From assembly GCA_963700155.1 (NCBI GenBank), contig OY969472.1:517059-581058 (forward strand): 64,000 nucleotides of DNA. The letters run 5' to 3'. The notes beneath the pieces are model-generated. The model ran no database searches, had not been told where the DNA came from, and saw only the letters and a list, made by a program, of their open reading frames with translations. The first letter of the stretch is position 1, and each line of letters begins with the position of its first letter. Source of the stretch: an uncultured bacterium (GTDB lineage Bacteria; Patescibacteriota; Dojkabacteria; J137). The position numbers and the translations under genes were made by a program. Shown piece after piece: positions 18,723 to 26,809 of this stretch.

Positions 18723-19349
18723 TTATTCATCATCTAATAAATTTTTCAATTGTCTTGATTTTGCAAAATTTATAAATCCCCAAGATATACCTATCATAAA
18801 CAGAATTATTCCAGTATTTTTAATTAAATCATCAGATAAAGATTGACCTCTCACTTCTTCTGACATTTTTACCTTTGCAATTAAATACCAAATGTTATCA
18901 ACTAGTGTATCCATTTCCTCTTTTGTAAAACTGGGTCTATATTGTGAATTATATAATGGAGTGTTTTGAGCCTCACTAATATACGCATCAACAACTTTTT
19001 CCAAATCATCTTTTATTAATGCGTATTGTTCAAGAACTTTATTAATCTCAACCTCTAAATCATTAGATAAGTTATAAGTTTTAAGATCTTTCAAAGTTTC
19101 AATAATAGTTCTAATTTTCCCACTTGCTATATAAACTTGAGATTCCCTTAGTTCAGGATTATCTATATAGAAAACATTTTGCATATCACTATAAATCCAT
19201 TGGTTTAAATTATTTATACTACTATTAATCCCATAAATAGATATATCATTTGGATATTTTAGAAGTGAAAAAATTATAATAGCTGTGAAGTATAAATATT
19301 CAAATGGACGAAGGATTGATGATTCCGTTTTTTTGAATTTATCCATCAT
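18723..19349 (-). CDS. hypothetical membrane protein
   Basis: 208 aa with N- and C-terminal TM segments. No motif recognised. Confidence 0.45.
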   Translation of the reverse strand: MMDKFKKTESSILRPFEYLYFTAIIIFSLLKYPNDISIYGINSSINNLNQWIYSDMQNVFYIDNPELRESQVYIASGKIRTIIETLKDLKTYNLSNDLEVEINKVLEQYALIKDDLEKVVDAYISEAQNTPLYNSQYRPSFTKEEMDTLVDNIWYLIAKVKMSEEVRGQSLSDDLIKNTGIILFMIGISWGFINFAKSRQLKNLLDDE

Positions 19350-19396
19350 TTCTACTTAATATTTAATTATCGGATTATATCATCCAACATTTATTA

Positions 19397-20542
19397 TTAA
19401 GCATCTCTTCTTAGAGGCATTAGAAGGTGAACAAATTTTGAATCATCTTTATCTTTAAAAACTGAAGCTGCCAATGGACCTTTAGTTTCAAAGATTATGG
19501 TGTCTCCTTTTATATGACTGACAACATCAGATATATATCGTAAATTGTAAGAAGCATTCAAATCACTTTCTCCATTTACAGAAGTCACTGGAATTAAAGT
19601 TTGATTTTCACCAACTTCAGCTACTACAGATTGCAACATAACAGTTGCGTTTTCTAGGTTGAGGTCAAAAAGTGTTTTGTATCCTAAATTACTTCTAGCA
19701 AAAGTATTAATGATCCTAATCGCAGATTCCAAATCTGACTTTTTGACCTCAAATGAATAGCTGAAAGAATCAGGCATTATCCTTTTATAATCAGGATAAG
19801 GTCCCTCTAATAATCTTATGCTGAATTCTATCTCTTCAAATTTAAAAATAACTTGGGATTTACTTTGACCTAAATAAACTTCAATACTATCAACATCAAC
19901 ATAATCTTGAATAATTTTAACCAATTCGCTTAAATATCTTGCCGGAACAATAACTTGTTCTGTTGGATATTCATTAACATCTTTTACTTTTGCACTACGC
20001 TTTGAAAGTCTAAAACCATCTAAACCAATAAAATTGATCTCACTTTTTTCTTTATCATATTCAAATAAAATTCCACTTTGCTGTATTTTTCCAGCTGATA
20101 AATCTGTTGATGAAGCAAAAATTACTTTATCCATTGATGCTAAAAATTCCTTTGCTGAAATTACAAACAGTGGAGTTTCTGAAACTTCTGGTAAAACAGG
20201 GAATTCGGTTGCCGGGATAGTAGTAAAATTAGCTTTTGAGTTTTCTGTTACAACATCTACTACATTATCATTCAAACTTAGTTCAACGTTATCTCCTACT
20301 GCTGCTGCAACAAAATCTGCAATGTATTTTGCTGATACAGTAACGCTTCCTTCTTGTTCAACTACTCCAGGTATCCACACATTTATCCCCATATCTAAGT
20401 TTGTTGCTGATAGTTTTAAACCATTCTTATTAACATCTAAAAGAACGTTTGAAAGTACTGGTATATTTGGTTTTAAACTAACAGCTCTACTTGTATATTG
20501 TAATGACTTTGAAAGGTTATCTCTGTTTAGTTTGATTTTCAT
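19397..20542 (-). CDS. dnaN: DNA polymerase III beta sliding clamp
   Basis: 381 aa. Typical start MKIKLNRDNLSKSLQYTSRAV..PVLSNVLL and C-terminal ..LMPLR. Confidence 0.9.
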   Translation of the reverse strand: MKIKLNRDNLSKSLQYTSRAVSLKPNIPVLSNVLLDVNKNGLKLSATNLDMGINVWIPGVVEQEGSVTVSAKYIADFVAAAVGDNVELSLNDNVVDVVTENSKANFTTIPATEFPVLPEVSETPLFVISAKEFLASMDKVIFASSTDLSAGKIQQSGILFEYDKEKSEINFIGLDGFRLSKRSAKVKDVNEYPTEQVIVPARYLSELVKIIQDYVDVDSIEVYLGQSKSQVIFKFEEIEFSIRLLEGPYPDYKRIMPDSFSYSFEVKKSDLESAIRIINTFARSNLGYKTLFDLNLENATVMLQSVVAEVGENQTLIPVTSVNGESDLNASYNLRYISDVVSHIKGDTIIFETKGPLAASVFKDKDDSKFVHLLMPLRRDA

Positions 20543-20651
20543 ATCTAAATATAATTTTTAATAAGTAGTTATTTTTAGTTATAGTGTCTGTTGATATGTG
20601 TATATGTTTTAATAATAGCTTATAGAACTTACATTTTCAATGATTTTGAGG

Positions 20652-20806
20652 TGTGAATAAGTGATGTGGATTAAAAATTAAGCATTTTCGTTGATCGTTA
20701 ATTAAGTATTTGATTATATCCAATTTTTATTGTGATGAGTTTTTGTAGAACTTTTGGGAAAGTTTTCTAGTATCCTATTTTGTTAAGATTTTTAGCGTGT
20801 GGAAAA
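20652..20806. promoter_or_regulatory. cluster of three one-mismatch DnaA-box-like 9-mers upstream of dnaN
   Basis: TGTGAATAA (20652-20660), TGTGGATTA (20665-20673), TGTGGAAAA (20798-20806). All are in the same orientation, each differs by one base from TGTGGATAA, and they sit in a 314-bp AT-rich intergenic region. Confidence 0.4.
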
Positions 20807-20856
20807 CTGAATAATATTACTGTACAAGAATTATATTAATATTCTATAATCCATAC

Positions 20857-21795
20857 ATGTTTAATCCTATAGACAATTTAAAATTAAAAGAAGTTGAAAA
20901 TTCAGAAAATAAAACTATTGGAGAAATTGCACAGAAACTTTCTAATTTAATGAGTAATAAATATTTTTTTTACTTTTTTTCTTCTCATTATCACTCTCCA
21001 CAATTAGATATTCATAGAGTTGATGACTTAAATTCTTTTTTATATAAATTTAAAGGTGTTTTTAGAGACATGAGTTCCTATCTTAAAAAGGATAAGGATT
21101 TTATAAATCTATTTCTTGAATTATTAAATTTTTTAGTTAAAGAAAAAGAATTTTATGAAGCTGTTAAATTACTAGATGAAACATTTGGATTTAATTTTCT
21201 ACACTATGAATGGATACAAGAAATTTATAAAAAAGCAATGGATTCTGAAGAGTATTTCCAAGCTTATTACATAATAAAATTAATTGAAAATAGAATTAAG
21301 TTGTTAATGATTACATTTCCAAATGATTCACCACAAGAACTTTTAGAAAAAGAGTATAGAGAATGTTTAGGAATTTTATTGAATAACTTTCTTGATGATA
21401 CTTCTGCAATAACTGAAAGTGAATTATTCGAAAAAACAAAAACATTACCGAAAATTTTAGCAATATTGAAGAATGATGAAATACTAGGTTTTAATATTTT
21501 GAAATCTCGAGACTATACTCCATATTTCATGGATATAATTTTATATGATTTTATTAAAAGAATTGTAGATTTAACTTGGACATTTAGAGGTGAAATATAT
21601 GATATACAATTTGATTCTGAAAATTTGCCTGACATATATTATCTTTATAATATTTCTACAAATACTAGTAAGTATCTTACATTACCAGAAAATAAAATGG
21701 TTCATATTTCACGAGTGGCTGAATATTTAGAACTAAAATTAAAAGATATTGAGTTCATTTTTATTGAAGATAAAAAGCAAGATGTGGAATCTTAA
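20857..21795 (+). CDS. hypothetical helical protein
   Basis: 312-aa ORF between dnaN and dnaA on the opposite strand. No motif recognised. Confidence 0.45.
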   Translation: MFNPIDNLKLKEVENSENKTIGEIAQKLSNLMSNKYFFYFFSSHYHSPQLDIHRVDDLNSFLYKFKGVFRDMSSYLKKDKDFINLFLELLNFLVKEKEFYEAVKLLDETFGFNFLHYEWIQEIYKKAMDSEEYFQAYYIIKLIENRIKLLMITFPNDSPQELLEKEYRECLGILLNNFLDDTSAITESELFEKTKTLPKILAILKNDEILGFNILKSRDYTPYFMDIILYDFIKRIVDLTWTFRGEIYDIQFDSENLPDIYYLYNISTNTSKYLTLPENKMVHISRVAEYLELKLKDIEFIFIEDKKQDVES

Positions 21796-21800
21796 ACTTA

Positions 21801-22523
21801 TTAATTTTCTAAACTACTATAATATGGTGTTTTTTCTAGTAATTCTGGAGGTAGAATAGATAATAAAGATAAATCATTATTAATTCTATAATCATATAGA
21901 TAAATATTATAGGAATCTGTATTCAAACCGTCTTTTCTGTATCGAATATATATATCAATGTGTGCAAGTTTTAAAGTTCCATCAAGATCAAGTTCTTCTG
22001 TAAAAATAAACTTAACTTGCTCAATATTTTCTTCATTGACTCCTATTTTGTAGTTATCAACAAAAAATTTTTTTACAGCTGGAGTAAATCTGGCTGAATA
22101 TTCTACGACCTTAAAGCCATGTATATTAGTATTATTCTTATCTATAAGCTCATGAATTTGGTTTAAAGTAGTAACATTAATAATAGCTGGCTCGAAAAAA
22201 ACTCCTTCTGTATCTGTTTGTTCAATAATTAATGATCCATTTTCGTCAAATTTAAAAACAGCTAGATTATTTCCAAAATAATACTCAAAATGAATATCAG
22301 AAATTGTTAAATCTGAATTCATCTCGCTCCTAGATAAATTTATTTCTCTATAAAGTATATTAAAAAGGGTATATTGAGTTGTCGGCAGTTTAAAAGATTT
22401 TCGAAAATCTACGCCTGACGAAGCTATTCCAGATAAAATACTTAAAATTAAATAAAGAGATAATATCCTTTTTAGAATAAAAGGACGGTTAAAATTGTTT
22501 TGAATATCATCAATTTTATCCAT
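21801..22523 (-). CDS. hypothetical membrane-anchored protein, likely co-transcribed with dnaA
   Basis: 240 aa with an N-terminal TM. Starts 5 nt after the dnaA stop. Confidence 0.45.
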   Translation of the reverse strand: MDKIDDIQNNFNRPFILKRILSLYLILSILSGIASSGVDFRKSFKLPTTQYTLFNILYREINLSRSEMNSDLTISDIHFEYYFGNNLAVFKFDENGSLIIEQTDTEGVFFEPAIINVTTLNQIHELIDKNNTNIHGFKVVEYSARFTPAVKKFFVDNYKIGVNEENIEQVKFIFTEELDLDGTLKLAHIDIYIRYRKDGLNTDSYNIYLYDYRINNDLSLLSILPPELLEKTPYYSSLEN

Positions 22524-22528
22524 TAAAT

Positions 22529-23938
22529 TTATTCTACATCCTCCGTTACAGCGGCATTATCTTGAATATTTGTTATTACTTGTGCAACTTGAGAATTAAA
22601 TCCATCCTGAATCATCATTTTGCTTTTAATCTTATCAAGTGCATGAAGCACAGTTGTATGATCAGTCCTTTTTAAATATTTTGCGACTTCTTCAAGTTTA
22701 TAACTAAATTCTTCTCTTAAGATATACATTGCAACTTGTCTTGCCAAAGCCAACTCCTTTGTTCTTCTCGGACCTTTTAAATCTTTTACAGTAACGCCAA
22801 ATGATTTAGCAACTTCTCTAATAACTTGAGGCACTTTAATCTGGGATCTTTTTGTTTGCGAATCTTTTCCAATTGTATGTGCAACTTCTTCTAATGTTAA
22901 ATCTCCATTCGGTTTCATTTGATTAAATAAAGCTACTTTTTGAAGTGCCCCTTCAAGCTCTCTTACATTATCCGAAATATTTCTAGCCAAGTACTCTAAA
23001 ATTGGCATTTTTAAATTATAGCCGGAGTTTTCAGATTTTCTGTATAAGATTGCAAGGCGAGTTTCATAATCCGGATTTGAAATATCAACTACCATCCCGC
23101 CTTGCATTCTAGTTCTTAATCTACTTTCCATATTTTGAATATCCTCAGGTCTTCTATCGGCAATTAAAATAATTTGTTTACCAGCATTATAAAGTTCATT
23201 GAAAGTATTGAAGAATTCTTCTTGAGTGTGAACCCATTTTGAAATAAGTTGCATATCATCAATAATAAGCATATCCGTTGGTCTATATTTAGCTCTAAAT
23301 TTCTCCATTTGCCCTGTTTTAATTCCTTTTACCATCTCATTCAAAAATCCTTCAGATGGTGTATAAATTATTTTTTTACTAGGATTCCTTTCTAAAATTG
23401 ATCTACCAATTGCTTGTGCCAAGTGTGTTTTCCCAACACCGGTTTTCCCATGAATAAATAAAGGATTGTATGATTGACCAGGTCTTTCAATAATTGCTAA
23501 AGCTGCAGCATGTGCAATTTTATTTGCATTTCCTACAATATAATTTGACATTGTATATTTAGGATTTAATCCGGATTTAGTAACAGCTTCAATTACATTA
23601 CCCATAAATCCATTCTCAACATCAAGTAAAGGTGAGGATGATATATTTTTTGGTTCATTTTCAGCTTCATCTTCTTTTTGTTCATGAGTAACTTCAAAAA
23701 CTGGATTTAAAACATCTCCATAAACATAACTAATTGTGTCTTTAATCATTTTTTCGTATCTATTTTTTATCCAATCAGAAATGAAGGGATTAGGTACTCC
23801 GATTATTGCTTTATTACCATCTATTTTAACTAATCTAGTTTCTTGAAAATATGTTTTAAATTGAGCAGGTGCGTCCAGTTTAATCTCTATTTGAGCTAGG
23901 GTCGTTTTCCAGAGCTGTTTTTCATCTCTAATTTTCAT
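22529..23938 (-). CDS. dnaA: chromosomal replication initiator DnaA
   Basis: GKTGVGKTHL, IIDDMQLIS, RLRTRMQGG, C-terminal KELALARQVAMYILRE..DHTTVLHA. I place the start at MKIRDEKQLW (23938); the ORF-track start is 23992. Confidence 0.95.
   Translation of the reverse strand: MKIRDEKQLWKTTLAQIEIKLDAPAQFKTYFQETRLVKIDGNKAIIGVPNPFISDWIKNRYEKMIKDTISYVYGDVLNPVFEVTHEQKEDEAENEPKNISSSPLLDVENGFMGNVIEAVTKSGLNPKYTMSNYIVGNANKIAHAAALAIIERPGQSYNPLFIHGKTGVGKTHLAQAIGRSILERNPSKKIIYTPSEGFLNEMVKGIKTGQMEKFRAKYRPTDMLIIDDMQLISKWVHTQEEFFNTFNELYNAGKQIILIADRRPEDIQNMESRLRTRMQGGMVVDISNPDYETRLAILYRKSENSGYNLKMPILEYLARNISDNVRELEGALQKVALFNQMKPNGDLTLEEVAHTIGKDSQTKRSQIKVPQVIREVAKSFGVTVKDLKGPRRTKELALARQVAMYILREEFSYKLEEVAKYLKRTDHTTVLHALDKIKSKMMIQDGFNSQVAQVITNIQDNAAVTEDVE
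23051..23106. repeat. 9-bp inverted repeat, 38-nt spacer, inside dnaA
   Basis: TGCAAGGCG (23051-23059) / CGCCTTGCA (23098-23106). Confidence 0.85.
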
Positions 23939-24022
23939 AGGTTTAAAGTAATGGTTAAAGAATATATACTTAAATGAAATAAGTATTTGCAAAAGCTATT
24001 TTTTTAGTGCTGAATTTTTTTA

Positions 24023-24052
24023 TTATACACAAAAAATTATCCACGTGGATAA
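24023..24052. promoter_or_regulatory. DnaA boxes in the dnaA-yidD intergenic region (candidate oriC or dnaA autoregulatory site)
   Basis: TTATACACA at 24023-24031 fits TTATNCACA. The 16-bp perfect palindrome TTATCCACGTGGATAA at 24037-24052 is two overlapping inverted boxes. Flanking sequence is A/T-rich. Confidence 0.6.
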
Positions 24053-24112
24053 CTTATAGTATTTTTTTGTATTAATCTTATTATTATAGACTGGTTTGTT
24101 ATATAATTATTT

Positions 24113-24349
24113 ATGTTTAAATCAATTGCAAAATTTTTAATAAAAACTTACCAGAAATTGTTTTCTTTCGATCACTCTTTTTGGGCGTCTTGGGTTGGAA
24201 TGCCTGTTTGCAGGTTTACACCAACATGCTCACAATATACTTATGAAGCTATTGATAAGTACGGGGTTTTTAAAGGAAGTTTTATTGGGTTTAAAAGAAT
24301 TTTAAGGTGTAATCCTTTTACAAAAGGCGGGTATGATCCGGTTCCTTAA
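24113..24349 (+). CDS. yidD: membrane protein insertion efficiency factor YidD
   Basis: [33 protein letters not shown]. Confidence 0.85.
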   Translation: MFKSIAKFLIKTYQKLFSFDHSFWASWVGMPVCRFTPTCSQYTYEAIDKYGVFKGSFIGFKRILRCNPFTKGGYDPVP

Positions 24350-25131
24350 GAAATTCCTTTAAAAACCCCTACCTCATCATTATTTATAGAAACTATATCT
24401 ACTTTAAATCTTTTAGAAGCTTTTATTAACTCAGTTTTATAAGTTAGTTTTGAAACATAATCTTCTAAAGATTTCAAAATTCCTAAATCTTTACCAATTA
24501 TGATGTATTCTTTTCCATTTATTTTATTATCTGCTGCTCCAAATTTATTTCTTTTCTTATGATCAGGACTTCTTTTTATTAGTAAAGCATTCTTGTTTCT
24601 TAAATTAAATTTTTGATTAAAAAACGAATCACTATCTTTAAATCTAGATTCCCAAGATTGATCACCTTTGGAAACTATGATGTTGGGCAGATTAATTTCA
24701 TAATCCTTTATCTTTTCTTCTGATAAATAATTTTTTAATAATTCAAGAATATACACACTTCTTAAAAAACTTGTATCTAGCTTAAAATTTTTAAGTTTAA
24801 TTATATTTCCGTGTTTTATATCCCCTTTGTAATACTTCCTAATATTAATACCGGATTGGATATTTGTTGGGTTAAATATGTTAGAAAAATACTGGTAAAA
24901 ATCGATATTATATTCTAAAAAATCTATAAACTCCTTTTTAAGATAGATTGGTATATTTGTTTGTGCTGAGTTAAATTTTTCTGCAGATGAATTTTTAACA
25001 TTATGATTTAATTCTGATAAAAATTCATCCAAAATAAAATGAATATTCTTTAAATGTTTTTGCTTTACCTCTTTATTTGTTTTTAATTTTAAAACTCTTG
25101 GGCCAAAATCAATTAAATACTCGTAAATCAT
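24346..25131 (-). CDS. hypothetical protein
   Basis: 261-aa Lys/Asn-rich ORF. No confident motif. Confidence 0.4.
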   Translation of the reverse strand: MIYEYLIDFGPRVLKLKTNKEVKQKHLKNIHFILDEFLSELNHNVKNSSAEKFNSAQTNIPIYLKKEFIDFLEYNIDFYQYFSNIFNPTNIQSGINIRKYYKGDIKHGNIIKLKNFKLDTSFLRSVYILELLKNYLSEEKIKDYEINLPNIIVSKGDQSWESRFKDSDSFFNQKFNLRNKNALLIKRSPDHKKRNKFGAADNKINGKEYIIIGKDLGILKSLEDYVSKLTYKTELIKASKRFKVDIVSINNDEVGVFKGIS

Positions 25132-25190
25132 TTTGCACAGATTGATAAAATGATAGAATGAAAAAAGTCTAGTTTTATTATACTTGAAAA

Positions 25191-25778
25191 ATGGCCGATA
25201 AAAGGATTTTTAATTTGCTTAAACCTGTCACACCTCCACCAAGTGCATGGGATAAGATATATGAGTGGATTTTAGGAAAAGCTAGAATTGTGGTTTTAAT
25301 TACTGAGATAATAATTGCAGTTGCGTTTGTTTTTAAAGTTATAGAAGATACTACAGCAAAAAATAAAGATAAACAGATAGATCAATTAAATTCTGAGCTT
25401 ACTCTTTACTCTCAGCAATTAGAGCCAGAGTTTAGACAAATACAAAATAAAGCCGGTGATTATATTGTTTTGTGGGATAGCTCTTCTGAATATAATAATG
25501 TAATTAACGAAGTTTTTTCATATATAGAAAATCCTTCTTCAGATGTTTCAGTAAGGGCTGGAAAAGGAACAATATCTATTACAGGATTTGATGACTTATC
25601 TCAATTACAGAAGTTAGAAGATTCAATGAAGAATTCAAAAACTTTTAGTTCTGTCGATATTAGAGATCTAACACTAGAAGGTGAAGAGGTTACAGCAAAT
25701 AAAGGAAGATATTTATTACAAGCAACAATCAATAGTTATACAAGAAGTCCGATTGAGGATGTTCAACCAACTCAATAA
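25191..25778 (+). CDS. bitopic membrane protein with PilN-like topology
   Basis: N-terminal FNLLKP (compare the PilN INLLP motif), one TM, a coiled-coil, then a small alpha/beta domain. Weak. Confidence 0.3.
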   Translation: MADKRIFNLLKPVTPPPSAWDKIYEWILGKARIVVLITEIIIAVAFVFKVIEDTTAKNKDKQIDQLNSELTLYSQQLEPEFRQIQNKAGDYIVLWDSSSEYNNVINEVFSYIENPSSDVSVRAGKGTISITGFDDLSQLQKLEDSMKNSKTFSSVDIRDLTLEGEEVTANKGRYLLQATINSYTRSPIEDVQPTQ

Positions 25779-25783
25779 TAAAT

Positions 25784-26422
25784 ATGTTACAAATTAATTA
25801 CCAAAAAAAAGTAGAGGAACTTCTTTCAACAGGAAAGAGGAAAAGTTATGCAGTCGCAGCTATTACGGTATTTTTCATTTTATTAATGGCTTTTGCAGGA
25901 ATCATTCCGGCTCTTAGTTCTTTAGGTTACCAGCATGAAGAAAATATAAAAAGAGATGCGATCATAACTAAGCTTCAAAATAAATTAGATATATTAAAAA
26001 GCTTTGTACAACAAAATAGTGACAAGAAAGATGTCATAAATTTTCTAAACGACATGTTCCCTGATAAATTTGCACAAAAAGATATAGTCGATAAAATCGT
26101 AGAATTGTCAGATAAAAATAGTGTAAACATTGTTTCGTTTGGTTTCCAAGATCCGCAACCTGGAGAACAGGATGAACTAGATGCACTAACAACAGGTAAC
26201 TCTAAAATATTAACAACTAGTATTACAGGTGATGGTACATTAGAAAATTTAGAATCATTTGTTAAAGATGTTGAAACTTCAAGAAGAATAATGAACATAA
26301 CTTCAGTTGTTATTTCAAAAAAAGCTGCAGATGAAGTTAATACGATTATAGACGGAAGAGATTTTAATTTAAGTTTAAGTATAGATTTTTATTATTATTC
26401 TACTACGCAAAGTAGTACTTAA
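25784..26422 (+). CDS. bitopic membrane protein with PilO-like topology
   Basis: One TM, a coiled-coil, then ..MFPDKFAQKDIVDKIVELSDKNSVNIVSF.., resembling PilO. Weak. Confidence 0.3.
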   Translation: MLQINYQKKVEELLSTGKRKSYAVAAITVFFILLMAFAGIIPALSSLGYQHEENIKRDAIITKLQNKLDILKSFVQQNSDKKDVINFLNDMFPDKFAQKDIVDKIVELSDKNSVNIVSFGFQDPQPGEQDELDALTTGNSKILTTSITGDGTLENLESFVKDVETSRRIMNITSVVISKKAADEVNTIIDGRDFNLSLSIDFYYYSTTQSST

Positions 26423-26433
26423 AATTATTATAT

Positions 26434-26688
26434 ATGAATAAGTTATTTGTTTATTTAATTATTATTGGAGTATTAATATTATTACTTGTTTCTGGCTGGG
26501 AAGTTTATCAGATTTCATCTGGTGCGAGGTCAACTGGAGAAATTACTGTTATAGAGATAAGCAATGACACATTAATTCCTAGTGCTTTAGAGAATCATCT
26601 AAAGCAAGATCCGGATTATTCAAAATTTATTGTTAGTAACAATACTAATACAAATCAAAACGATCAAAATACACAAGTTACTCAATAA
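26434..26688 (+). CDS. small membrane-anchored protein
   Basis: 84 aa with an N-terminal TM. Third gene of the same tightly spaced trio. Confidence 0.4.
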   Translation: MNKLFVYLIIIGVLILLLVSGWEVYQISSGARSTGEITVIEISNDTLIPSALENHLKQDPDYSKFIVSNNTNTNQNDQNTQVTQ

Positions 26689-26809
26689 AAGCTCTACTGA
26701 TTTGCTAAATCCTGAAACCTTAAATATAATGTACTCAATCAGCGAATCATAAATTAACAAGTGTAAAGAGTTTGAGCTATATTTAATATGACAATTATAA
26801 TATTTAATA

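Noticed and set aside
20034-20561. 175-aa ORF on the plus strand, antisense to dnaN
   Set aside because: It lies entirely within the well-supported dnaN CDS on the other strand. Its low-complexity Ser/Thr/Phe-rich translation is typical of an antisense frame in AT-rich DNA. The same reasoning applies to the other short antisense ORFs in the track, for example 1582-1770, 2190-2411, 5635-5817, 8729-9019, 9086-9334, 10172-10399, 15614-15799, 17705-17890, 25975-26298, 27208-27522, 28588-28770, 29623-29844, 31186-31437, 31537-31734, 32026-32522, 34718-34900, 37444-37647, 41333-41584, 41953-42240, 43125-43385, 45767-45949, 48433-48636, 56361-56555 and 57204-57398.
22529-23992. N-terminal extensions proposed by the ORF track for dnaA (23992), tsaD (6599), the GH-like gene (48902), dnaJ (34950), the cupin gene (36240) and the His-rich ORF (62033)
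   Set aside because: The extensions add non-conserved residues, overlap neighbouring genes or tRNA-Arg, or use non-ATG starts upstream of an ATG that restores the canonical family N-terminus. I used the shorter starts, but they remain unverified.
24346-25131. Possible second, degenerate ApbE-like gene (FNPTNIQ compared with FDPTVIDF)
   Set aside because: Only one short motif is similar and the rest of the protein does not track ApbE. The evidence is insufficient, so I left it as hypothetical.
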